Assembly: GCA_046563655.1 (NCBI GenBank)
Contig: CM102290.1
Coordinates: 4,278,001 to 4,342,000 of the forward strand
Length of the DNA: 64,000 nt
Source of the DNA: Yuukianura sp. NJ FZ-2021
Taxonomy: Eukaryota
Direction: 5' to 3'
The position numbers were made by a program, and so were the translations under genes. This document shows positions 37,176 to 50,214 of this stretch, piece by piece. Below the pieces are notes generated by a model. That model had not been told where the DNA came from and did not search any database. It saw only the letters and a program-made list of their open reading frames with translations. Positions within the stretch are counted from its first letter, which is position 1; each line of letters opens with the position of its first letter.

Positions 37176-40100
37176 ATGAAGAGATTTTGTTTCCAAGAGG
37201 ACCAACCTTCCAGAAATGTTGGGCTGGACGACTGCTCGTTCCAGCTCATCACGATTGCTGGAAACGTTTTCTGGATAGTGCTTGTGCTAGTGTTGTTGGC
37301 CTACAGGCGTTGGTGTGGAAACCAAGTAGGATCTGTAGGGTCCCTTAAAAGGAGTCGACCAAGAAGTAGGAATCAGACGCTGCAGCAGCGATCCGGCAGG
37401 AAGTTTTTTCAACATCACAATGCCATTTGGATACTTACAATAATTTTGTACCTGGCCCTCATGACTGAGTTTTCAGAGGCCATCATTGTGTTCTTTTCAG
37501 AAGCAGTGTCAGTGACCCCGGCAACGCCCAAAGTGACATTTGACCTCAACGGGGCTAACTCTACTAAATCTGTACCACAAATCAGTGATGAAGTGCTCAA
37601 ACCGTCTTTGTACGGAATCCACCATTTCCGATTTTGGAGTCCCGTGATGTCCATTACGTCGCTGACACTCATTTCCATTTTGTACCATGCTGCTGAATTT
37701 ACTCAAGATTTCAAATACTTGATGACCAACCTAAGTTTCTTCATCTACCTCAGTGTTCTCTCAATTGCCAAACTGGAATTCCACTTACGACATGACCTGA
37801 CCTTGGTCCATGTCAAAGTTCTCTCAGAAATATGTTCCGGAATTGGAGCCATGACGCTTGTACTTCTTCTTCTTCATATTCTCATGACCTCAACTGTAAG
37901 TAATTTCAATTGTTATTTGGATTCGTAGAACGCTTGAGTCAACCTCTTGAGCTTTTAAATTCGAGGTAGAAGTGATTGATGGTCTGGAAATAACATTATT
38001 TCCGTGTCTCTATCTATGTTTACTTGTTCAAACATGAATTACACATTTTTAGCACATTTTATTCCACTTAAGTTGTTCTGAAGCAATTTGCAGGATTTTT
38101 TCACAAGTGAGTACTAATAGGAAAGCATCACTTTGTTTTGTCATTGCTCATAATCCTGGACAAGTAGATTGGAGCTTAACATTTTGATAGGTTGATGTTT
38201 GGTGTATTACAAACATTTTATCCTTACATTTTGCTTACTTGCATGATTCACAAAGTGGGAAAAACTGGATGAGGACGTCAGTTTTGATATTATTTCCGTC
38301 AAGCACGGTTTCATAGCAATTAAACCGCTAACAACTCAAACAATCTTCCACGCTCCGCAGCACATCTCCAAAAAAGTGTCAATGACGATGATACATGAAC
38401 CATTATACGAAGAATAGAGTTCTTTAATTTAGAATTTAACACATGCATGTGTGTTAGCAGCGGCGTTTAGAAAAAGTGTATAGTCATTGTGCTTTCATCA
38501 ATTAAAATTAGATTGGCAGGCTTTGTTAAAAAAAGTGAGAAAAAAACGTAAATTGTGTATTCCAAAAGGAAAAGATGAAAAGGAAAAGAGGAAAAGAATT
38601 AGCAAATCATTGCAACTTTTATTTTTGTTATGCAAATCATTGGCCCTGAGCATATTACTTGCATCCATGTTTAGGTTTTTGAAAAACCAAAACATTTTTC
38701 TTTGTAGAGACAAAGGAAGAAGCATGATGGTGGAGGTGAATTGAAAAATGTCCAGTACTTGCATTACTACTGCGCACTGCCTTCCCGCCTAACTTTCTAT
38801 TGGTTCACATCTCTTTTACGTCGGGGTTACAAACATCCACTGGAGGAAGAGGATTTGGGCAATCTGCCACCAGAGGAGAAATCCAATTTCCAATTTGACA
38901 GATTCAATCGAAGTTATCAAGCTGAAAAGGTGTACTAATTTTTTAAAAACAAAAACTTGAATCAAAAATAACCGCGTTTTAAAAATTTTCAGGAAAAAGC
39001 CAGTGTTGAAAAACCCCTTAGTCTGTGGTACTGTATGTTCAAAACACTTTGGTCATCTCTGCTAGTGGCGGGAGTTTTTCGTCTGGTAGCTGACCTCTTT
39101 GGATTCGTTGCACCACTAGGCCTGGGGTCAATTGTTGAATTTGTGACGGACAACAATGTCAGTTCCGTACATGACTGGTCGAGGGATCCAGTGGTCCATG
39201 ACCTCACGCTGAGTCAACTCCTGGCGAATGGCTATGTCATGGCATTCGTCATCCTCCTCTCCGCCATTTTCCAAAGCACATTCTCACAATGTTCAACATT
39301 CCTCGTCAACTTGGAAGGAATTCGAATGAAAGTGGCCCTACAGGTATGTTTGTTTGTTTTTTCCCGCCATTTCTTTGAAAGAATTTTGACAAGTGATCAT
39401 CAAAGAATTCTTTTCCGAGAATTCTTCTGAAGAAATCAATAAGATTCCCAAAATCTACTGGTTTCTTGTACGTATCAAAAAATTATACCATTCTAAAAGT
39501 TTGCCTTGATCTGTTACCGTTTTCTGTTGTTGCAAATTTGGAAAATTTCTGGTCGTAATTAACACTATCAAAAAAAATTCATTTGCAATTTGAATTCTTT
39601 GTTTTGTGCAAGCGGCATCTCAATTTTTGCAAATATTTGCAACTTGCAAACATTTGATTCAGCTTTTGATATAAACTGATGATCATGAATTTGTGAATGT
39701 GTTTGCATTGTGCTTTAACAGGCCTTGATTTTCAAAAAGTCACTAACCCTTGCTCCGACCAAGTCATCCGCCGGAGCTGGAATAACTTCCGCCGATTCGG
39801 ATCCAGCCAAGGACAAAACGTCATCGAAGAAGAGTGACAAAAAGAACGATGCTGGAGCCGAATCTGTTTCCGACGATGGGAAAAATTCTAGTACTGGTTT
39901 TGACAGTGGATCCATTGTACACATCGTGTCAGAGGATACGACCAATGTCATGACCTTCTTCTGGATGGTCCACTTCATCTGGGCTATTCCACTCAAGGTC
40001 AGTCTCGGCGTGACACAATGGCTAAATAGCCTTTCTCACAATGATTTGTCTGTTTTTGTTCCTAGTTAGCCATTCTTATGATTTTGTTGTACCTGCAACT

Positions 40101-43100
40101 GGGATACAGTGCTCTCATTGGAGCTGCCATTTGTATTTTTCTCATGATTCCAATTCAGTTTTGGATTGGAAAGAAGATGTCAGTCAACTCCAGAGAAATG
40201 ATGGTAAGCAGCATTACAAAATTCCTCACAAATTTATTAAAAACGATCAAAATTGTTTGATTGTCTTAAACTGGTTGAATGTCTTAAAGTTTTTCAATTA
40301 ATTTAGACTAAATTAGTGTTCAAAATTCAAATTAGTCAAAAAACTTCCAAAGTTTTTTTTATAAAAGCGAAAAAAAAAATTACACTTACACGATAGGTTT
40401 ATTTTTTTTAAACTTTAGGTTTAGACCAAGATTTGACTAAATTTTGTTCTATTTTAGGAAAGATGCGATGAGAGACTTCGGAGCATGTCAGAAATTCTGC
40501 AAGGAATGAAATTGCTTAAAGTTCATGGCTGGGAAATAATATTCAGTAACCATCTCTCTGCCATTCGGGAGAAGGAATTGGTAAATTTGGATCGTGACCT
40601 ACTTTATCGTTCCATTATGAGTAAGTGGATCCGGCCATACACAAATTAAGTTAACTTTAATTGCAACTTTGGTACTGCGGCGGCCTTTTACCAATGAGTT
40701 TAATATCTTTCACTTAATCCATGTAAGTTTTAATTTGCACAAGGAGGTAATTACAACACATAAAAGGCCAAGGTTTGAGGGCGTTTGGAAATGTAAATGT
40801 TTTGCTAATGTGGAAAAAACCTATGTTGCGAATTCGCAATTTGCAAATTTAAGTATCGTAGTACTACAGGGTACCTTACCTAAGTTTTGCAAAAGACGCT
40901 AAAGTGGATGTTGAGGATCTGGCGGCCCATGGGGTTTTTCATAAGTTTTTCTCGAAAAGTTTTTCTCATAGTTCTGTGGTGGTAAAAAAAAGTTTGGAAA
41001 TTAGATGTTTTGCAAATTCTACTATTGATTTGGAATTGTTTCAACAGTTGTTTGGCACTTTTAAAATTAATTACAATGCGTTTTTTTGTTCTAATTTTTA
41101 GCATTTCTTACTCACATATCTTCTGTTCTGGTGACTGTTGTGACTTTTGGCCTCTACCCATACTTGGAAAATGAGAAAATGGAGCCATCCAAAGTATTTG
41201 CTGGTCTTGCTTTGTTTAATCAACTTACTGTTCCACTTTTCATCTTTCCCATTACAGTTCCTGTAATAATTGATGCCATGGTAGGGATTCACATCTTCGA
41301 TTTTTTAAAAACTTTGAGATTAACTTTAACCTTAATGCTAATGTAGGTCAGCGTCAAAAGAATAGCAACTTTTTTGCTCCTGCCAGAGACGTCGTCCCTG
41401 ATTAATCCTTTTGAATATCTCGACGTTGAAGAAAATTCACCGTCTCCGGATAAAGATAGTGTTGAGCTGAGCAGCGCTTCGTCAAGAAATCCTAGTAGTC
41501 TCAAGGTCCCTTGCAAGACCTCTGACCTCCAGACGAGCAATGATTCTGTTTTTGGTCCAATTCATGAAGAGGACGAAGATGAAGATGATTGGGACGACTG
41601 TGGATGTGGCGATGATGAAGCCAAAGTCATGGAACCGCTCCAAGCGACACAAAACTTTGGTTCCGTGGAGGAAACGCTGGAAGAAGTTTTCGTTAAATCA
41701 GAAGCCAAACTTCTCGGTTCCAATGCTAATGCAAGGCCGAATTCTTCTCGACAGTTGAGCAGTGATGTGGTGACCTTGACGAATTGTGACTTCAGCTGGG
41801 AAGAAGACAGACATGACAATACGCTAGTTGACATCACAACGAGAATTCCCAAAGGGAAACTCACTGTTATTGTGGGCAGTGTGGGAAGTGGCAAATCTTC
41901 CATAATTGCAGGCATTTTGGGAGAAATTAGGTTGATGAAAGGAGAAGTGTCTTGGGCAAGGTAAACGTTGAGAGCAGTTTCCCAAATGCTATTTTTTTTT
42001 CGAAATGTTTTGAAAGTTGACAAGTTTTTGGTTTTGTTTTTGCAGTGACGCCAGAGTTGCCTATGCCGCTCAACAGTCTTGGATCATAAATGGTTCAATT
42101 CGAGACAACATTTTGTTTGGAAAACAGTTTCGCCCGAGGCGCTACAAAAAAGTCATCGATGCTTGCAGCCTTCAAGGTGACCTTGACATTCTGCCAGCCA
42201 AAGACTTTACTGAAATTGGTGAAAAGGGAATCAACCTCAGCGGGGGACAAAAACAGCGAATTGGAATCGCTCGAGCGCTCTACCACTTCCGCGCAAACGT
42301 CATCATTCTGGACGACGTTCTGTCTGCATTAGACGTGGAAGTGGCCCAGGAAGTTTTCAACACAGGAATTATGAAGTACCTGGTCAAGGCTGGCAAAACT
42401 GTGCTACTCGCAACTCATCACCTCCCTGTGTTGACATCAGCAGATCACGTAAGTTCTCACACCATTGCGCAAGATCAAGTTATTACGTCCCCACTCATGT
42501 ATGCCTTGTGATTAATTGAAACAGATCATAGCCTTGGACAAAGGTCGGATTCGCATTCAAGGAAAATTGTCAGAAATTAAGAAGGCGGATGTGTCATTGT
42601 ACTCAGAGTGGCAAAGAATTATAAGCAAAAAGGAGGCCAAGAAGAATAAGCTGAGCTTACTAGCGAGAACTGGCAAGGAAAGATGGGCTCTCCTAAAACT
42701 CGTTTCAAAAATTGGACTTCAATTGAAAAATAAAAATATGGAGGGGCCTTGGAGGCATGAAGACGATGTAAGTTCAGAGAAATAAACTTTTCACAAGAAG
42801 ATTAAAATTTTCAAGGTCAAAATTAGCAAATTACTAATGCTCGAATACCATCATGTGACCCGTCCAGGTCAAGCCAATTCTGGAAAGATATCGGAAGAAA
42901 CAAGCATCATTTTCCGCTTACAGGAATTTGTCACATGACATGTTTCTGCCCAATGACGACTGTTGCCATGACGAAATTATGACCCCCTTGCTACGGTGCA
43001 GGACAATAAGTAGACAATCCAGACTTTCACGTGACAGCAGGTAAAGTTACCGTAATCAAGATTTTTTTGCCCGGAAAACAATCAAAAGCACACTTTTTTT

Positions 43101-46000
43101 TTAGCAAGTTGAAAATTGGTACTAATTTTTGATTCCATGACTTTGTAGAGCTTCTGCATCTTCTAATACCAGGACGCAGCAACCTGCACAAGCTCAATCT
43201 GGCGGGAAACATTTGAAGCTGGCGAGAATGACCTCCCTGCAGGTTGATGACCTTCCACCCAGAAAAGGCCAAAAAGTCATTCGGCTCCAGTCACTCCCCG
43301 TCACTGATGACATTCATCAGTGTCCGAATCCTCAGGCGGAAGCAGTTCGGGAAAGAGCGGACACGCTTGACAGTCCACTTACGCAGCGGCCGAACTTTTT
43401 CAAAAGACTTCTGAGTGTAAATGCTAGGTACGCAAACGAAACGGAATAAATTAAAAAAAAAATACTTTCACGTTAATTTTGAAACTTCTTTTTACAGGAG
43501 AACTTTGTCTTCGGATTCAACTGTTACCGAACTGGACAAACTGCCGAGACTGCTGTCCACACTTTCAACCAGTGAATCCGAGTACCCCGAGGAAGAAGAA
43601 AGTAAATCACATAATGCCACAATAAATCACAATAAAGGCCAAGGCTCAAATATTTTTCTACTTTTTTTTTCATTTTCTTTTCAGATCCTGAATACGCCTT
43701 GTTAGCTCGCGAGATGAGTTCAGATGAGCGCGAGTACGGAACCATTCCGGTCAAAGTTCACTTGTCCTATATCTCAGCGTGTGGTTGGTGCCTGAGCGCC
43801 TTCTACTTACTATTTGCAATTGGTTACGAAGTGATTCGGGTTTGTACAAACTTTTGGCTGAAAGAGTGGAGTGACGAGATCAGCGTCAGCTCAGACGACG
43901 ACTACGACAGTGTCATGGAACACTATTTTAACATCTACGTCATTTTGAGCGTCGTCACTGTTCTCGTGTCGCTGAGTTCCAATTTAATTGGAAAACAAGC
44001 CGGAGCCAATTCTCGGGAAGCTCTACATAGTAAAATGCTCAAACGAATCGTCCGTTGTCCCATGAAATTTTTCGACACGACTCCGATTGGCCGAATACTC
44101 AATCGGTTCTCTTCGGATGTCACTGTCGTCGACAGGGTAAAACCAAATTGCCCAAATTGGAATTTTTGTCAAGTTTATTAAACTTTTTCGTTCTGATTCC
44201 ACAGAAGCTTTGTATCTCCATGCAAAGGTTTTTGCAATTCGTGTTCCTATGCATGTCGGCCATTGTTGTCAACGCTCTGGTCAATCCTTGGTTTCTCATT
44301 GTTGCAATTCCAATCGTGGGAATCTACTACTACATTCAAAGATTCTACAGATTCTCATCTCGGTAAACAATTACAACGCTAAATTTAAAAAAAAAACTAT
44401 CCTGAAACGCTTAAAACCTGTAAAACTCTAAAGGCCTTTTGTCTTGTTTATGTTGTAGAGAGTTGCAGCGAATTGAAGCAATTAGTCGTGGCCCCATTTA
44501 TACTCACTTCCATGAAACATTGGAAGGACTGTCAATTATCCGGGCATTTCAAGTCGAAAAACGATTTACTGAAGACATGTTCTCAAAAATTGATACCAAC
44601 AACACCGCAGCCATATTTATTAACGTTGGAAATCGATGGCTGAGCATTTCTCTAGTACGCCTGACTTTTTTTTGTCAAAATTTCGATTTAAATTCAAAGC
44701 GTCGTCACTCTTATTTTTAACGACATTTCAGGACTACTTGGGAAGTTTAATTGTGTACTTGGCCACTTTGGTGTCAATGATCTCATCTTACCTTTACCCT
44801 GAACATGTGACCCCTTCCATGGTCGGATTGGCCATCAACTACACACTTCTCGTTCCAGTGTATCTCAATTGGGTGGTTAAATTTCTAGCAGAAGTTGAGA
44901 TGTTCATGACCTCGGTTGACCGAATTGACCGCTATTCGGCAGTGACAGTTGAAGACTATGGAGACGACTGCCCAAATTCTGGCGTTCCGAAGGACTGGCC
45001 TTCTTCTGGACATGTTCAATTTGTAAGTTCATTTCAAATCTTTTGTGTATTAAAAAAACTGTTTTTTGAATAGACTTAAAAAAGTTTCACAAACGAATTA
45101 TTCTTGTCTGACATTTTGAATTTCCTGTAATTAGGACAACGTCTCTGTTCAGTACGCCATAGATCGACCGAGAATCATTCATAACCTTAACCTCGACGTC
45201 AGTGGAAAACAGAAAGTAGGAATTTGTGGACGTTCCGGTTCAGGAAAGTCGTCACTGCTCATGTCTCTGTTTCGAATTGCCGATGTCTGTGAGGGCAAGA
45301 TCTTGGTAGATGGAGTCGATATTTCTAAAATCCCGCTTCTCAAACTACGTTCGAGTCTGTCCATCATTCCACAAGAAAATATCCTCTTCAGTGGCACAGT
45401 TCGGTTTAATTTGGATCCAAATGGAAATGTTTCGGATGCCGAAATTTGGAAAGCCCTGGAACTGTCCCAAATGAAAGATTTTGTCCAAGACATGCCAGGA
45501 CAACTAGGTTCGCAATAGCGTTTTAAATTTTTGAGAAAAATTTGCAGAACTTTTTTTTGAAAAATGTTTTATTGCAATTTAGATGCTGAAATCAAAGATG
45601 GTGGATCCAGTTTCAGTGCTGGACAGAAGCAACTCCTTGGACTAGCCAGAGCCATACTTCATAATTCCAAGGTTGTCATTCTGGACGAAGCTACAAGCTC
45701 TGTTGACCTGGCCACTGAAAAGATCATACTGGGGGTGGTCAAGGAAGCATTCAAAGATTCTACAGTTTTGACTATAGCGGTAAATTATTTCCATTTTTAT
45801 CTAAGTAGGCACTGTACTAATGTTGGATTTCATTGTATGTGTAGCATCGGCTGGACACGATTGTTGACGGAGATCGAGTAATTGTTCTGGATGCTGGCGT
45901 CGTTGTCGAAGATGGAAATCCGACTGAACTTCAAAGAAATCCAAACAGTATTTTTAAATCTATGATGCAACTTGCCAATGAACAAGGACATCTTCTCTAA
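37176..46000 (+). CDS. Sur: Sulfonylurea receptor (ABCC8/ABCC9-type ABC protein)
   Basis: About 20 exons. TMD0 FC...DC...HNAIWILT...EFSEAI resembles the SUR1 N-terminus, followed by L0 SRLTFYWFTSLLRRGYKHPLEEEDLG. NBD1: GSVGSGKSS, LSGGQKQR, IILDD. NBD2: GRSGSGKSS, FSAGQKQL, ILDEATSS, TIAHRL. Stop TAA at 45998-46000. Confidence 0.93.
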
Positions 46001-46719
46001 AACAGAGTAACGTAAAGTAAACCAAACCTAACAAATCTCCTGATCACAAAGCAGCTTCGCAAACAATTTACATACTTTATTACAATCGTTTATTTAAAAA
46101 AGGAAAATTCTGAGTAATTCAGGTTGTGTAACTAGTGAACGACAGAAGGCGACGAGAATATGTCAAATAGAATTTAGCTTTAAAGTTTTTAATACGCCGT
46201 TTATAGTTTTGAATGAATGGAACCATTCCAAGTTAACCTGACGTGTTCAATGTTCAAAATATTGTTCTAAATGTTTAAAAAGTTTCCTGATTGTACCAGC
46301 AACATACCTCGGTAGACATTTATAAGCCTTCACTTTTAAATATTCATTCCGTTTTCCATGATGCCAAAGTCCTTCGTATTTTTAATAAATCAATCCAACT
46401 GAAATATTTTTTTTACTGTTACTAAAAGTGTTTTTAACGACAGTCGTTAATTGTAGTAAAAGTCAAATAAGGTAAGAACGCAACTTCATGGTGAGAGTTC
46501 ACGGAGTCCACGACGCTAACTTAAGTTAACTTAAAATAAAACTGAAGGCTTCGTCGAACCTGGAAGTGCCTGGATTTGTGTTAAACTACGCTTGTGTAGT
46601 TGAATTGAATTTAAAAAAATGCATTTTTTTTCAATTCAACCAATCGAGTTCCGCAGTATGTCACTTTAAGCCGTTTAAGCCTTCACCTCGACCAACTAAT
46701 GAGGCATCGATCTCTGAAG

Positions 46720-46849
46720 TCAGATTGAAAATCGGTACAGCGGTTTCGTAGTTATAGTGACTAGTAGACAGACCGATGGACAATGGACAGACAGACAGAA
46801 AGACACGGACAAAAACATAAAGTAGCGAAGTACTTTTAGCTACTTTATG
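46720..46849 (+). mobile_element. DINE-1/HINE-like non-autonomous Helitron-type relic
   Basis: Core AAAATCGGTACAGCGGTTT, then a (GACA)n microsatellite, then an 11-bp stem-loop CATAAAGTAGC...GCTACTTTATG (46816-46849). This is the typical layout of arthropod DINE/Helentron-associated elements. Confidence 0.6.
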
Positions 46850-49800
46850 GTTTAGAAAAACTGTTGATGAAAAACAAGGGTATATGGTAAGGTAACTCTA
46901 TTCACTATTGTCACCATTGTTTATGTACAAAAGTTGTCGCGATTAGTTTTTGTTAAGTCTTTAAATTACTCTTATTACAAACAATGCTAAGAACATTATT
47001 GTTATAAAAACAGCAAAACGTTTTTCAAGCGCTTTCTGACGTTTCCATGTTTTTGTAGTTTTGCCCGGGAACGATAAACAAAGACGACTAAATTTAGGTA
47101 TAGTATGCATACTAATCGGTGACAGTCTCCGGGAAAGTTTTGAGGTTTGGTGTCATTGTCATGTCCACATTATGTGAATTGCAGTGACCTTGTGGCCAAG
47201 AGACTGCTGACCTGTGACCTGTGACCTGGTTTGCATCATTTGACTGAAATGTCACTTTATGTGGTGACTGGGGCGACCCCCTCAGTTGGTTGTGTGAGTT
47301 TGAATAAGCTGTGTTTGGAGGGCCCCATCGTCTCCCTCTGCTTCCTCTCTCCTCTTCCTTCCGAACACTCAGAACAAACCACCACAGGCAGAACACAACC
47401 ATCCATCGCCATTGCAAGGGACACCAGGTTATACAACTATTCAACAATTAACATCATCAATTAACTTACTCCACTCAACGAGTGAAAGTACCACAACTTT
47501 CCCGGTTCTTAACTCACTTCTGTCATTCCTCTCTGTCCCTCTTACGATCTAACCAGTCTCTGTCTTCAGTCGACATACCTTCAAGGGTTATACAGTTACC
47601 AGTTACCCCTGTGTATCCAACCATTGTCAAGTGTCAACTACACCTACTAACACTGGCAACTTCACTGCTACATCTACTTGGACTTGAAAGTAAGCACAGT
47701 CCTTTCATTCAGTCACTTCTAAGAGGGGTATTGATTACCATTGAAGTTCATTGTCTTCTAAATGTAAACGGGGCTGTTTAAGTTGTCATAATAAGCAACT
47801 TTATTGATTAGTTGGACTCTTTTATTAGCTCTGTAATGAACTTCTGTCGTACTCCAGTCACTCATTTTACGTTGAGGTTTTTAATGGTGGGATAATGACT
47901 GGTTATTATGTATTAGAACAAGGGTGGTAGTGATAGTGTTACTCAGGGTCAGGCTAGGTCAATCACCACTTGATTCCCGATGTCATAAATCCATTTGGAA
48001 TCAATACCCTGTCTTTAGTTTGTAAATACTGGCATGAGATCATCACTTCTCAATCAATTGATACTGTTTTGACAGATAACTGGGACTATTATTAGGTTAA
48101 AAACAAAAACAGGTTCTTCTAGCCCTACCCCGACGTTCAACTTAACTTGCTAACTTGAAATGATTTATTTGGTTAGGATCAATCTCCAAATGTAATTACA
48201 TATTGCAGTTTAGTGTGTGACTAATCACCGGTTGAATTAAGGTTTCCTTCTGTTACTAACTGCTTAGATTAATTGATCAAGTACAACAGCAAGAGGATCA
48301 GCGTAGGTTTAAATCCAATTGTTCGGAATAACTTTCTTCTAATTGTTGTGTTTGGGAATTGTTTTTATTTTTTGGAGGTTTCGGAACATTGTTCCTGGGG
48401 ATGAAGTTCTGTCAGTTGACCGATAAAGATCTTGATCGTGTAGATAGATAACCATATTCCAAACAAGGACTTTTAAAACTACACATCATCATTTAGTATG
48501 TGAAATCACTGTTTGCATTTACATTGAACCTATTATTACTGTACTTTCGTTGTGTATTTCATTACATGATCGATGTACTATTTGAGTTTTGATTTTTTAC
48601 GTGAATAGCAATAGCAAATCAGTTATTGTTATTTTTAGCATCGTCAAAAACTAAATTTTTGTTTTCCATCTTCTTCTGTTGGTGCAATAGTGCTGGCTGA
48701 CTGGTGCTAATCCGGATACGAATACTTTGGTGAGACAAGTCGTAAACAAGGCATAGGATTTCAACAACTTAAGAATTTCAGAGAATTCGGGTAGTCATAA
48801 TGTTAACCCGTGGACTACACCCACTGATTTTAATCGTTTAACCCTTGCTTTTGTTGTTTGACTGAAAGACAATCGTCTGGTAGCTGATTTCCTTATTGGT
48901 ATGAAACGAATCAAGGAGATTTTGATCGTAGTTTTGTCGTGACGTGACCTTTATGTTGTATTCAATCCGTATTGGATTTGAGGAGTATTATTAAGGATAA
49001 CTTATAATCTGAACTTGATCCTGGCATTTGACACAGAAAAAAAAATCTGGAACTGCAGAATGAGACATTTACGATTGCCATTTCTTTGGCAGTACTTACT
49101 CAATTTACATTGAATTCTTAGAGAAGTCGTATCATTTCTCATCTTCATTTCATCTCCGCACCCAGTAGTTATACTTTTACTCACCACGAATCTCTTTTAA
49201 CAATTTTATATCTTAGAACTTACATCTTAGAAGTACTAGCACAGAAATGGTTATTGACGACTGGAAACCTTGTGTTGTCTTCGTTCCAACTGTACATAAT
49301 AGTGATATTGATCTTGTTGAAATTGAATTTAATGTACTAGTACACTACTTATGTTCTTCCTTTTATCGTTTCAGAATTGAGCTTGAGTGACATCTTATAA
49401 TACCCACAGAAAAGAAGAACTACGACTGATGTGTGTGTTTGAAGTTAATCTGATTTAAAGCACTACGAGGAAAGCCAACAACTTTCGGAAATTATTTATC
49501 GGTGCCCACACTTCAAACTGAACTTTTTTTTTGTCAACAATAGGAGACACGGAAGAAGATTTCAGCTAGAAAATATTTGCAGGTTGCAGGATTTTCAAGA
49601 AACTACAATTTTTGGAAATTCAGTATTCTCTTCGCATTTATCTTGAAATACCGAGTACACATCTTCGGTAGTGTACAGTAGTGGGAGGGGTCCAGTCGTC
49701 CAGTATAAGTTTGCCGATTCTGGAGTTCGCAAAATCCCGGAAAAAATTTGCAATTTTCAAAAAATTATTTACCTCCTTCAACACTTCGTACGTCGCTTAG

Positions 49801-50214
49801 CCGGCTAATTCGGGGAATTGAAGAGACTGGGACGACCGTCCGAATCTGTGTGTGGTTTTGTGGTTAGTTGTAATAGCCCAAATTGTGCATCATTCAACTA
49901 CTCATCAACTAAAAGTTACTGTAGTGAGTGAAAATTTATTGGTTGATACAGTTTGTGGTAAAGTTTTGGACTCTACTACGAATGGAAGTTTAGAAGCCGC
50001 AAGGTGTGAAGAGAGACTCGTAACCTGACTGAAGAGAGACATGTGAAGTGATGTGATTTGATTCATCTGTTAATAATATCTCCAGGGAGGATCTGTCTCT
50101 GGAGTTTGGTATTGATTGATTCACTTTATGAGCGTGACATGAGTGATTGTTGTTGGTTACTCGGGCAGAGTTCTACTATGCAAGGCAGCCTCAGACTCAA
50201 GGACGAAGAGGAGG

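Noticed and set aside
42240..42320. Degenerate NBD1 Walker B (IILDD) in SUR as a sign of inactivation
   Set aside because: An Asp at this position is normal for ABCC-family NBD1.
48036..48885. miRNA-like starts TGAGATCAT (bantam-like, ~48036) and TGAAAGACA (miR-71-like, ~48863)
   Set aside because: Only the first 9 nt match. The rest of the mature sequence and a precursor hairpin are absent.
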